NCBI GenBank assembly: GCA_963832745.1
Contig: CAWHVC010000001.1
Location: 32,001 to 96,000, forward strand
Origin: Candidatus Bathyarchaeota archaeon
Lineage (GTDB): Archaea; Thermoproteota; Bathyarchaeia; Bathyarchaeales; Bathycorpusculaceae
DNA length: 64,000 nt
Direction: 5' to 3'
Part shown: positions 11,083 to 20,327 of the stretch, piece by piece
Numbering within the stretch: position 1 is the first letter of the stretch
Layout: every line of letters starts with the position of its first letter
The notes under the pieces: generated by a model
Databases searched by the model: none
What the model was told of the DNA's origin: nothing
What the model saw: the letters and a program-made list of their open reading frames with translations, nothing else
Translations under genes and position numbers: made by a program

Positions 11083-13824
11083 TTGTCAGCGAAATTGTTC
11101 TTAACTGGAGGTTCAGGATTCGTAGGCGCCCAAATTGCCCGCCATTTTATTTCTCAAAAAAATGTCCAAATCACGGTTCTAATTCGCGCCAAAACTCCCT
11201 CTGACGCAGAGTTACGGTTTAAACGTGAATGGTGGGATTGGCCAGAACTTTACCAAAACATAGGCAACCGCATCCAAGTCTTGAACGGTGACCTAACAAA
11301 ACCTTACTTAAACCTGACTGACCCCCAATACCGTGAACTTATTCATAACATAACTCACATTATTCATTGTGCCGCCGACACGACACCCAACCAGCAAATC
11401 GACAAACTGCGAAACATCAACGTCACCGGCACAGTAAACATAATACAACTCGCACGAGACATCAACACTGATCACGGTTTAAGTCGGCTTTCGCATGTTT
11501 CAACCGCTTACGTGGCAGGAAAACGCAGCGGCAACATAGCTGAAACCGACCTGTCTGACAAGTCAGGATTTTCCAGTCTTTATGAGCAAACAAAATTTGA
11601 AAGCGAGCAACTTCTCGCAAAAGCCTCAGCGGATTTGCCGGTTTCAATTTTTAGGCCAAGCCTAATCGTTGGCGATTCAAAAACAGGTGCAGTCAAAACT
11701 TTCAATACTGTTTACTATATGCTTAAGCAGTATCTTACGGGGCACCTAAGGTTTATTCCGGCTTCCTCTGGGCTTAAACTTAACATTGTTCCCGTTGATT
11801 ACGTTGCCCAAGCTGTTGCCAATTTGACTTTTAACCCCGAGGCAGCAGGCTTGACTTTTCATTTAACCGCGCCCGCTGAACAGGCTCCAACTGCTAAAGA
11901 ACTCGTCCAATATGTGCAGCGTTGGGCAAAGCAAGAAATGTGTTTAAACTTGCCAAACCCCCAATTCATCCCAATCTCGTCAAATACTCTTCGGGGCTTT
12001 TTGAAGCTCCAAAGTCTTCTCAACCCGCCCGCCAGAAGCAGTATCCAAGCTTACACCACACTTGCACCATATTTTAACCAAAACCAAACTTTTAGCCGCG
12101 AAAACACCGACCGCCTCTTGGGAAAATATTCGTTATGTTGGAAAGACTTCCTATCCAAACTGTTGAGTTACGCGGTTTACTACAGCTTTTTCCATCGTTC
12201 CGAACGCACAGTGCATGAACAAATCTTATATCGTCTTGAAAGCAAGGTCAAACCAATCCGTTACCGTGAAATCGTAGAAGACAAAACCATAGATTACGAT
12301 ACAGATGCGGTTAAGCAGATGATGCTGAAGGCTGCCGCTGCCCTGAAAGCTATGGGAATACGAAAGGGTGACGTAGTTGTTATCCTTGGCAACAATTGTG
12401 TGCGATACTTAGTGATTGACGTTGCAGTGGGGTTAGCTGGCGCAGTGTCATGCCCCCTTTACCCCACAAGCCCCCCATCAGAAATCAACTACGTCCTCTC
12501 CCAAGCAGACGCTAAACTATTTTTTGTTGGCACACAAAAAATTCTTTCAGAAATCAACAGCATCAAAACCGAAGTTCCAATAATTAATTTCAGTCGTCAA
12601 CCTTTGAGCGGGGCAAAGACGGTTTCTTGGGAAAACTTCCTTGAGAAGGCAAAATCTTCAACTGACCCCGATATAGCTCCGGTAGAACCTGCTGATTTAG
12701 CTACAATCCGCTTCACGTACGGTTCAACTGGGCAACCTAAAGGCGCCTGCCTAACTCACGGCAACCTACGTTATGTCGCTGAATCTTTAGCTTCAAATTT
12801 TCCATGGAAAACCAGAACAGACAAAGCAACTTACCTGTCTTTTTTGCCCATGAATCACGTAGCCGAAGGAATAACCGCGACTTACTCGCCATACTTTATC
12901 CCAGCCGCCATGACCTTCTATTACCTAGGAGACTATCACAGCCTGCAGCAAGCGCTAAAAACCGCTAAACCGACGGTTTTGTTTGCGATTCCCCGTTTCT
13001 ACGAAAAACTCTGGTCAGCCCTGTCTATTAGCAGTTTAGGGCAACAATACCTTAAAGCTAAAAACCCCACAAAAAAAACGTTTTTGCGGCGACTGGTAAG
13101 ATTTGGGCTGCTCCGAAAATCTGGTTTAGACAAATCTACTCAGTTAATTGTTGGCGCTGCCTGCTCCAGCGGAACATTACTACAGGATTTCCAAAACTTG
13201 GGCGTGGAAGTTTACAATGCTTATGGGCTTTCAGAAGCGCCACTTGTAGCCATCAACCGTATAGGCGCAAACAATCCCTTCACTGTTGGTCAACCCCTAC
13301 AAGGTACGCAACTAAAGATTGCCTGTGATGGAGAAATTTTGGTTAAAGGTCCTCAGGTTATGCGTGGCTACCTTCACGGCAAGGCTGGGCAAGCTTTTCA
13401 GGAAGGCTGGTTCCAGACAGGGGACATCGGAGAAGTAACTCCTGATGGGTACCTGAAAATTTTGGGCAGAAAAAAGAACATAATAGTTACCTCGTACGGC
13501 AAAAAAGTGCCCGTAGAACACATAGAAGCCAAACTGAAAAGTCTCCCACACGTCAAGGATTGCCTAGTTGTAGGCGATAATCAACCTTTTTGTTGTGCAG
13601 TGTTTTGGGTCGCTTGCCAAAAAAGCGAATGTGAAAACCAACTCGACAAAGCTATTGAAGAGCTTAATTTAACGCTCGAGCCTCCTGCGCAAATCAAACG
13701 GTATGCCGTGATGAGTTACCCGTCAGGTATGGCGGATGCGGACGCTTTAAAGGTGAAACGGCAAGACCTGCTTAAACAGGCAGAAACCGTCATCGACGCT
13801 TTGTATCAGCAAAAACAAGGATAA
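11083..13824 (+). CDS. fusion of thioester/acyl-CoA reductase (extended SDR) and AMP-forming acyl-CoA synthetase
   Basis: TGGSGFVG, HCAA, VSTAYV, YEQTK; then TYGSTGQPKG, YGLSE, TGDIG. Confidence 0.9.
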   Translation: MSAKLFLTGGSGFVGAQIARHFISQKNVQITVLIRAKTPSDAELRFKREWWDWPELYQNIGNRIQVLNGDLTKPYLNLTDPQYRELIHNITHIIHCAADTTPNQQIDKLRNINVTGTVNIIQLARDINTDHGLSRLSHVSTAYVAGKRSGNIAETDLSDKSGFSSLYEQTKFESEQLLAKASADLPVSIFRPSLIVGDSKTGAVKTFNTVYYMLKQYLTGHLRFIPASSGLKLNIVPVDYVAQAVANLTFNPEAAGLTFHLTAPAEQAPTAKELVQYVQRWAKQEMCLNLPNPQFIPISSNTLRGFLKLQSLLNPPARSSIQAYTTLAPYFNQNQTFSRENTDRLLGKYSLCWKDFLSKLLSYAVYYSFFHRSERTVHEQILYRLESKVKPIRYREIVEDKTIDYDTDAVKQMMLKAAAALKAMGIRKGDVVVILGNNCVRYLVIDVAVGLAGAVSCPLYPTSPPSEINYVLSQADAKLFFVGTQKILSEINSIKTEVPIINFSRQPLSGAKTVSWENFLEKAKSSTDPDIAPVEPADLATIRFTYGSTGQPKGACLTHGNLRYVAESLASNFPWKTRTDKATYLSFLPMNHVAEGITATYSPYFIPAAMTFYYLGDYHSLQQALKTAKPTVLFAIPRFYEKLWSALSISSLGQQYLKAKNPTKKTFLRRLVRFGLLRKSGLDKSTQLIVGAACSSGTLLQDFQNLGVEVYNAYGLSEAPLVAINRIGANNPFTVGQPLQGTQLKIACDGEILVKGPQVMRGYLHGKAGQAFQEGWFQTGDIGEVTPDGYLKILGRKKNIIVTSYGKKVPVEHIEAKLKSLPHVKDCLVVGDNQPFCCAVFWVACQKSECENQLDKAIEELNLTLEPPAQIKRYAVMSYPSGMADADALKVKRQDLLKQAETVIDALYQQKQG

Positions 13825-13860
13825 ACTACTTGTTTTTGGTTTGAAAACACGTCATTGGGA

Positions 13861-13925
13861 CCTACCCCCTTAGGTTTTTGCATAGAACTGCTATTAGGAT
13901 CCTATTAGGCGGCAAATAGGTTGCA
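13861..13925 (-). repeat. dispersed intergenic repeat, copy 1
   Basis: reverse complement TGCAACCTATTTGCCGCCTAATAGGATCCTAATAG...ATGCAAAAACCTAAGGGGGTAGG matches 53157 and 62163. Confidence 0.75.
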
Positions 13926-13944
13926 AAAACTGAAAAAAGTAGTT

Positions 13945-14208
13945 TTAACAAGACGGCAAAATAGTTGCATCAACCGCTTTTTTAGGTTTAACCGTCAAAT
14001 TCAACTTAACCGTAACGTCATACATGTCTGGTTGACGGTCAATTGAAAAATTAAAACCGTCCAACCTCACGCCCATCGGTTTGCCGTCTCCTGAAATCTC
14101 TTTGATGCGGCTTGCAAAATCTCCAATCTTGTTAATAATCTCGTTAACATCCAAATCTGTCTTTTTAGTTTCGCCTTCTTCAGCTTTACGCACTTCAATC
14201 TCAACCAC
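13945..14208 (-). CDS. hypothetical protein
   Basis: GGAGGTGA RBS before GTG start. Confidence 0.75.
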   Translation of the reverse strand: MVEIEVRKAEEGETKKTDLDVNEIINKIGDFASRIKEISGDGKPMGVRLDGFNFSIDRQPDMYDVTVKLNLTVKPKKAVDATILPSC

Positions 14209-14323
14209 TGATTTTCACCTCCAAAAATAGGCCGTTAACCTGAAAAAGTCTCTACCAAAAAAGAGGGAGCAAACGGGTATCTTAAAGATGTGTGACTGCA
14301 CAAACACAAACACAAAAGCAAGT

Positions 14324-15160
14324 TTACTTTATTTTTCTATGAAATGCTAAAGCAACAAGTAAGACGCCAGTTATGATGCAGGACACACCAAAAGCGATGA
14401 TGTTTTTGTTTTGGAAAACGAAAATTCCCATTGTCTGCTCAATTTCTTCTGTCGTTGTTGTTGATGGTGTTGGTTGTGTTGGTATTGTTTTAGTCTGTGC
14501 TGGGGTTGGTTTTGTCGTTGGTTGTGGCGTGCTTATGGTGATAGTGTTACTTGACCGATATTCTGGTTCCCCTATTTTTAATGTCTGTGTGTCGCTCCAG
14601 GGGCTGTAAGTCCCGACGAACTCGAATGTATACATGATAACCGCCCAGAATGGGCAGCGTGCATTATGGTATCCTTCACGTGCTTGTACTTGAAAGTCTA
14701 CTTGGTCGCCAAAATCATAATCTGCTGAGCACTTTATGATAGTGTACTCAGTGCTAGATTGGATTACTACTTCGTCGTAACCGCTGACTTCTCGATGTTG
14801 ATTTTCAGGGTAAAGTTCTGTCCATACACTTCCGAAATGACCCTTAACGCGTACATTATAGAATGTGTTAATCTGATTACCTTCTGAATCCTCGTATGGT
14901 GTGTTAGTTGGGTTTTTGATTTTAATTTCAATCGACTTGTTTTCAACGTGATATCCGGGTGTTGTGTGAACAATTTCTTCTCCTGAGTATTCGTCGATTG
15001 TTGTTGTAGTTTGAGGTGGCACATCATAAGGGTAAGCAACAAGTTTAACAGAAAATTCAGGTGTCGACGGCACAGCTGAAACAACAATGGATTCATTGAT
15101 TGCTAGCAAAGTTGAAAATGACAACGTGAATATTAAAGCAACTGCTAACCTCTTTTTCAC
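14324..15160 (-). CDS. membrane-anchored surface protein, paralogue 1
   Basis: signal peptide, YDVP/GYHVE/KGHFG/QVDFQV motifs, T/P linker, C-terminal TM. Confidence 0.85.
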   Translation of the reverse strand: MKKRLAVALIFTLSFSTLLAINESIVVSAVPSTPEFSVKLVAYPYDVPPQTTTTIDEYSGEEIVHTTPGYHVENKSIEIKIKNPTNTPYEDSEGNQINTFYNVRVKGHFGSVWTELYPENQHREVSGYDEVVIQSSTEYTIIKCSADYDFGDQVDFQVQAREGYHNARCPFWAVIMYTFEFVGTYSPWSDTQTLKIGEPEYRSSNTITISTPQPTTKPTPAQTKTIPTQPTPSTTTTEEIEQTMGIFVFQNKNIIAFGVSCIITGVLLVALAFHRKIK

Positions 15161-16050
15161 GATACTGCCCCCTTGTTTTTACCTTGATTACGCGAGAATG
15201 CTAGGGCAACCATCAAGACTCCAATTGTGATGCAGGATACGCCAAAAGCAAGAACGTTCTTGTTTTCTAAAAAGAATGATACGCTTGTTTGCGTAATTTT
15301 TTCTGATTGTGTTGGTATTTCTATGGGTTCTGAAGTAACTTTAGCGTTTTCGGGGGTTGTCTGTATTGGAGTTGGCGTGTTTGTTGGGTTAGGCATTGGC
15401 GTTTGAGTTACCCCTGAAACGGTTATTGTTTGAGTAGCACTCCATTCTCCATAGACGTAGCTGTAATCAAGTGACGCAAAAAGGGCATGCTGAATGACGG
15501 AAGGTGAACTGTAACCATAGAGTGCTTTTACTTGAAAATCGACTTGGTCGCCTTCATTGTATTTTAACGATATTATGGTGTATTTACTGTTTGAAGTTGG
15601 GCAACTGCCTTCAGTTGGTCCTTGTTTTATTTCATTTGGATTCGTAGTTTGATATGTAAATGATGAGTAATCGTAAATCTCATGCCAATCGGCACCAAAG
15701 TGACCCTTTTCTCGTATGTTATAAAATACAGTGTAAGTTGTGTTTGATGCTGGAATTGGCTGGTTTTCAATTATGATGTCAACTGTCTTATATTCTACGT
15801 GGTAACCTTGAATGGTAGTGTTTGTTACTTCTCCCGTGTAAGGATTCATTATTGAAGATGTTGTAGTTGGCACATCATAAGAGCGGTCAACATATTGTAC
15901 GGTGAATTTGGGAACAAACAGTTCAGGAAAGCCGATTGTGTTTTCACTCGCTAATCCTGATGGCACAAGTAGCAGTGTCAAACCTGTCAGTAACACCAAC
16001 ATTGTTACCTTTCCTGTTTTTCCCATACCGGTTCGCCTTACAAAAATCAA
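15157..16050 (-). CDS. membrane-anchored surface protein, paralogue 2
   Basis: same motifs as 14324..15160; 4-nt overlap with it; likely start ATG 16026. Confidence 0.85.
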   Translation of the reverse strand: MIFVRRTGMGKTGKVTMLVLLTGLTLLLVPSGLASENTIGFPELFVPKFTVQYVDRSYDVPTTTSSIMNPYTGEVTNTTIQGYHVEYKTVDIIIENQPIPASNTTYTVFYNIREKGHFGADWHEIYDYSSFTYQTTNPNEIKQGPTEGSCPTSNSKYTIISLKYNEGDQVDFQVKALYGYSSPSVIQHALFASLDYSYVYGEWSATQTITVSGVTQTPMPNPTNTPTPIQTTPENAKVTSEPIEIPTQSEKITQTSVSFFLENKNVLAFGVSCITIGVLMVALAFSRNQGKNKGAVS

Positions 16051-16265
16051 GATTTGAAACAGATTAAAGCGTTCTCGTAAAGGTTTCTTTACTAACTTTA
16101 GTCAGGATTTTTGTACTAACTTCATATTTCGAGCTTTAAGCGTTTGGTTCAATACCGCTTCGTTATAGTTAGTGGGCGGTTAAACCTGAGAAGTCATAAA
16201 TTTTTGCAGACTCCATAATAACATAATGGGGGGGTAAAGTGTAAGACCTTTATCATGAAGAACTA

Positions 16266-16388
16266 ATGCGCCAATACAAACTACAGCATCAACTTGAAGA
16301 GCAAATGAGTCATCAAGAAACTGAGAGACAACGTGAAGAACACATGAAAACGCAAATGGAGTGGCTAACCAAGCAGACATTAAACTAA
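16266..16388 (+). CDS. 40-aa Q/E-rich helical microprotein (not in ORF track)
   Basis: MRQYKLQHQLEEQMSHQETERQREEHMKTQMEWLTKQTLN; in-frame GTG-TAA after a G-rich RBS just upstream. Confidence 0.5.
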   Translation: MRQYKLQHQLEEQMSHQETERQREEHMKTQMEWLTKQTLN

Positions 16389-16427
16389 AAGCGTCCTCAA
16401 TTAAGATACGTAAGACTTACGTAAGAT

Positions 16428-17573
16428 TTATACGTTTTTATTTAACTTATAATGATTTTCTGGGATGGTTATTTCGAATTTTGCATTTTTTCCTTCAGTG
16501 CCGTTTTCCGTAATTTGCCAACCGTAAACTTCCAAAGTTTTCTTAATCAGGTAGAGCCCAAGACCGCTGCCTTGCCCGTAGCCTTTGGTGAACAGGTTGG
16601 GTTTCATATCGCATGGTATTCCTACACCATCATCTTCATAAATTAGTTTAAGCTGCGTGTCCTGCTGGCTAAAAAAGAGTTTAACCTTTTTTGCTTTAGC
16701 ATACTTTAACGTGTCATCTAGTAAATTGTAAAATGTTTCCTTGAGCAGGGAGTCAGCATAAACCATCACGTTATCGCACTCGTTAATTACTTGTAAATTG
16801 AAGTTTGGAAACAAATTAACTGCTTCACTAAATACTCTGCCGACATTTACGAAATTTAGCTGTTCTTGTCCCAGCAGTTCGTAGTCCCGCGAAAACTCCA
16901 AAGTTCTGTTAATCTGCAGGTAAGCTGATGCGGTAGCGTCCAAAAGATGTTCAAGGCTTCCTTTTTTTCTGGCTAAATACGCGTTAGCGTTAAGTACGCT
17001 TACTTTGTTGCCGATGTCGTGCCTAAGCAAACCGCCTACAACCAGCAGCTTCTCGTTAGCCAATTCCAGTTTATGTCGGGCTTCTTTGAGGTTTTTTTCT
17101 GTTTTTACTCGGTCACTTACATCCCGTACAATGTCTATAAACGCTATTTGCTCGCCATTTTCGTCCCTTATCGGTGTCGCTGTTAACTCGATTGGTAAAA
17201 GTTCACCATTTAATTTTACTGCAGTGAATTGGCCTTTCCAGCCTTGCTTGCTTTCGGCACATCCAAGCGAGTATTGTACTGCTCTTTCCTTGTCAAAGTC
17301 TGCTACAAAGTCTAAGATGCATTTTCCGAGTACCGCTTCCCTGTTTGTGTATCCAAGCATTCGCATAATAGCCTTGTTCGCGTAAGTAATTATGCCTGTG
17401 TTGGAGTCTCCGATTACTATGCCATCTTGGGACACCTCTACGGCAAGCCTGAACAGTTTTGGGTCTTTCTGGTTCGAAACCAAGCTTTTTTGTCCGTCGC
17501 CCTTTAGCTTGCCTGTTTCTTTAGGTAAACATTCGACCGGGTGATGCAATCTGCTTTTACCTTCGCTTTGCAA
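16428..17573 (-). CDS. soluble PAS-domain sensor histidine kinase
   Basis: PAS/PAC, RHDIGN H-box, YEDDGVGI, GSGLGLY. Confidence 0.93.
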   Translation of the reverse strand: MQSEGKSRLHHPVECLPKETGKLKGDGQKSLVSNQKDPKLFRLAVEVSQDGIVIGDSNTGIITYANKAIMRMLGYTNREAVLGKCILDFVADFDKERAVQYSLGCAESKQGWKGQFTAVKLNGELLPIELTATPIRDENGEQIAFIDIVRDVSDRVKTEKNLKEARHKLELANEKLLVVGGLLRHDIGNKVSVLNANAYLARKKGSLEHLLDATASAYLQINRTLEFSRDYELLGQEQLNFVNVGRVFSEAVNLFPNFNLQVINECDNVMVYADSLLKETFYNLLDDTLKYAKAKKVKLFFSQQDTQLKLIYEDDGVGIPCDMKPNLFTKGYGQGSGLGLYLIKKTLEVYGWQITENGTEGKNAKFEITIPENHYKLNKNV

Positions 17574-17794
17574 AAATTTGTTTTTTATTTAATAATCCTT
17601 ATGAATATATAATCAATATTCACCTATACCAAAAGATGAGTTGCCAACCGCTGAATTGTAAATTAACAGCAAAAAGCCCCCTGAAAATGTATCAGAATAC
17701 CATCGGAATAGTTAATGTTCTGGTTTATTTTTTCGTTTAATTTATATAGGGGTGTTTGAACTATGCTTGTGCATTAAAGAGGAATATCTTAAGT

Positions 17795-18235
17795 ATGGGT
17801 TCCAAGTCACCAAGAGGCGAATTTGCCGCAAGGCAATTAGCAAAGAAACGGAAAAACTTCCGTTGGCACGATCGTTACTTTAACCGACGTATGCTTATGC
17901 TAGACGAAAAAGTTGACCCAATGCAGGGTGCACCCCAATCACGGGGTATCGTTCTAGAAAAAGTGGGTGTCGAATCAAAACAGCCCAACAGCGCCATTAG
18001 AAAATGTGTCCGAACACAACTCATCAAAAACGGCAGAACCATCACGGCTTTCTTGCCCGGTGACGGTGCACTTAACGTTGTCGACGAACACGATGAAGTC
18101 GTCGTTGAGGGTATCGGCGGTACAAGAGGCGGCGCTATGGGAGACATTCCTGGTGTACGCTGGAAAGTAGTAATGGTAAACGGCGTATCACTAAATGAAT
18201 TAGTTTACGGACGAAAACAAAAACCATCAAGGTAA
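17795..18235 (+). CDS. rps12: 30S ribosomal protein S12
   Basis: [20 protein letters not shown]; ATG at 17795. Confidence 0.98.
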   Translation: MGSKSPRGEFAARQLAKKRKNFRWHDRYFNRRMLMLDEKVDPMQGAPQSRGIVLEKVGVESKQPNSAIRKCVRTQLIKNGRTITAFLPGDGALNVVDEHDEVVVEGIGGTRGGAMGDIPGVRWKVVMVNGVSLNELVYGRKQKPSR

Positions 18236-18241
18236 TAGTTT

Positions 18242-18835
18242 ATGAGTACACAAACAACCGTAGCACAACCACAAGAAATCTTACTCTTCCAAAAATGGAC
18301 TTTCAAAGACGTCTCAGTAGTGGACATTGGTCTACAACGATACCTTAACCTGACTCCCATGGTTGCCCCACACAGTATGGGTCGCCATGAACACCAAAGA
18401 TTCCGTAAAGCAAAAGTCAACATTGTCGAACGTTTAATCAACGGTTTAATGCGCAGCGGCAAAAATAGTGGCAAAAAAGCCAAAGCAACTAACATAGTCA
18501 AAGAAGCATTCGAAATCATCAATGTAAAAACCGGCAAAAACCCAGTTGAAATTCTTGTCAAAGCAGTAGAAAATGCTTCACCATGTGAAGATACAACAAG
18601 AATCAGCTATGGTGGTGTCGTCTACCACTTATCAGTTGACGTTGCACCACAACGCAGAATTGACCTTGCAGTTCGTCATATAACCGATGGCGCAAGAACA
18701 GCATCATTAAACAATCCACGCAGCATACAAGAAACACTTGCAGACGAATTAGTCTTAGCCGCAAACAAAGACATCAAGAGTGCCGGTGTAGCAAAACGCA
18801 ACGAAATTGAACGCGTTGCTCAAAGCAGCAGATAA
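18242..18835 (+). CDS. rps7: 30S ribosomal protein S7
   Basis: archaeal S7: IVERLIN, SVDVAPQRRID, ERVAQSSR. Confidence 0.98.
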   Translation: MSTQTTVAQPQEILLFQKWTFKDVSVVDIGLQRYLNLTPMVAPHSMGRHEHQRFRKAKVNIVERLINGLMRSGKNSGKKAKATNIVKEAFEIINVKTGKNPVEILVKAVENASPCEDTTRISYGGVVYHLSVDVAPQRRIDLAVRHITDGARTASLNNPRSIQETLADELVLAANKDIKSAGVAKRNEIERVAQSSR

Positions 18836-18991
18836 AACTGCTTTTCTTTTCTTATCCTTTTAGAAATTTTATTGCTTGTTGCTTCTTACTGTAAACTTGC
18901 TTATTTTGAAAATCAATGCTTTTCTGGGCATTTAGGAATGAATTTGGAAATAAGTTAATAAAACCATAAGCAGAGCCTTCTTTAACAAAAG

Positions 18992-19930
18992 ATGAAAAAA
19001 ATGAAGAAGCAACTCTTAACCATAATACTCTTATGCGCTTTAACCCTGACTGGTTTCACTGCATTAACAACAATACAGGTAAACGCTGACTCATCAGACG
19101 CTAAAATCCTCAGTTACAGCTGGTATGCAGCTCCAAATGATGTTGTAGCAACAAACACAGGCGACTTAGTGGTTGTTGGCGAAGTGCAAAACGTTGGCAC
19201 AACTAACCTTTTCTCCGTTTATGTGGTAGGTACCGCATATGTAAACGGCACTGAAGTTGCTTATGCTCAACGGCAAGTATTCGGAAACAATCTGCAACCT
19301 GGCCAAAAAGCTCCCTTCTACTTGGATTTCCAACCTGAAGATAGTGTTACTTATGATTTAAGTTGGGTATCAAACGTTACTGACGTGGTGGTAGGAACTG
19401 GTTATGTTGTCAACACAGACAAAGACATGTATCAAGGCTTAACGCTTACCGCTCAAAACCAAACAGCCTCTGGAGTCTACCAAATAATTGGTTCAGTTAA
19501 GAACACTGGAACAGAAACTATAGGCGATGTAAGAGTAGTAACAACCTTCTATGACGCTTTAGGCACTGTTGTAAGCTTAAACTACACTGATGTACTCTCA
19601 GACTCACTTGCTCCTGGTGCATCTGAAAATTTCGTTGCAACACCTGTTGACAATTACCCTGCAAATAACATAACAAGTTATTCATCAATGGTACAAAGTA
19701 CCCCTGTAGAGCCAGATGCTACATCAACTCCCTCTTCAACTGCTACAGCAACTCCTACACCAACATCCACAGCAACTTCGACTTCAACTCCAACTCAAAC
19801 ACCAAGCGACCAACCAAGTCAAGATTACACCTTGATTATTGTAGCAGTAATTGCTTTAGTGTTGATAGTTTTGGCAGTTGTCGGCATAATGATGCGTAGA
19901 AACCGCGGCAAAACAGAACCTCAGCAATAA
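18992..19930 (+). CDS. surface protein with tandem FxLYD-like Ig domains
   Basis: signal peptide; GEVQNVG and GSVKNTG...TFYD..G repeats; T/P linker; TM plus basic tail. Confidence 0.85.
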   Translation: MKKMKKQLLTIILLCALTLTGFTALTTIQVNADSSDAKILSYSWYAAPNDVVATNTGDLVVVGEVQNVGTTNLFSVYVVGTAYVNGTEVAYAQRQVFGNNLQPGQKAPFYLDFQPEDSVTYDLSWVSNVTDVVVGTGYVVNTDKDMYQGLTLTAQNQTASGVYQIIGSVKNTGTETIGDVRVVTTFYDALGTVVSLNYTDVLSDSLAPGASENFVATPVDNYPANNITSYSSMVQSTPVEPDATSTPSSTATATPTPTSTATSTSTPTQTPSDQPSQDYTLIIVAVIALVLIVLAVVGIMMRRNRGKTEPQQ

Positions 19931-19978
19931 AAAATCGGCTTAGATTAACTCTAAACCATTTTCCTTTTTCTTTTGTTT

Positions 19979-20170
19979 TTATCTTAAGGTAAAATCGTAC
20001 TGTTTTTCTATATGTAGCCTTTCTTTGACCATGCTTAACTCTTTTGCGTAATCCATAAAGGCCATGCGTAACATTTCGCTTTCGCTTGTTCCTAAGCGTC
20101 TTGCTAATTCTGATAAAATCTCCCTTTGCTCCTTGCTTAAAACAACCTTTACTACACACTTTTTTGCCAT
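19979..20170 (-). CDS. ribbon-helix-helix (CopG-like) protein
   Basis: VVKVVLS...LSELARRLGTSESEMLRMA. Confidence 0.75.
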   Translation of the reverse strand: MAKKCVVKVVLSKEQREILSELARRLGTSESEMLRMAFMDYAKELSMVKERLHIEKQYDFTLR

Positions 20171-20327
20171 TTCCCAATACTCCCCACAACCAAAACCTGC
20201 TCATGTTTAGCCAACGGATTTGCAGACTTGCACGAGATAGCAAATCGTGTTTATTGATGATTACTATTTAACAATTATTCCGTATCACAATTGACCCTAA
20301 ACTGTACAACAAAAAAGCATTTTTTCT

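Noticed and set aside
16180-16380. 66-aa minus-strand ORF
   Set aside because: The opposite strand gives a more protein-like peptide with an RBS-like G-run
19725-19810. T/P/S-coding quasi-repeats as DNA repeat elements
   Set aside because: Ordinary low-complexity linker of a surface protein
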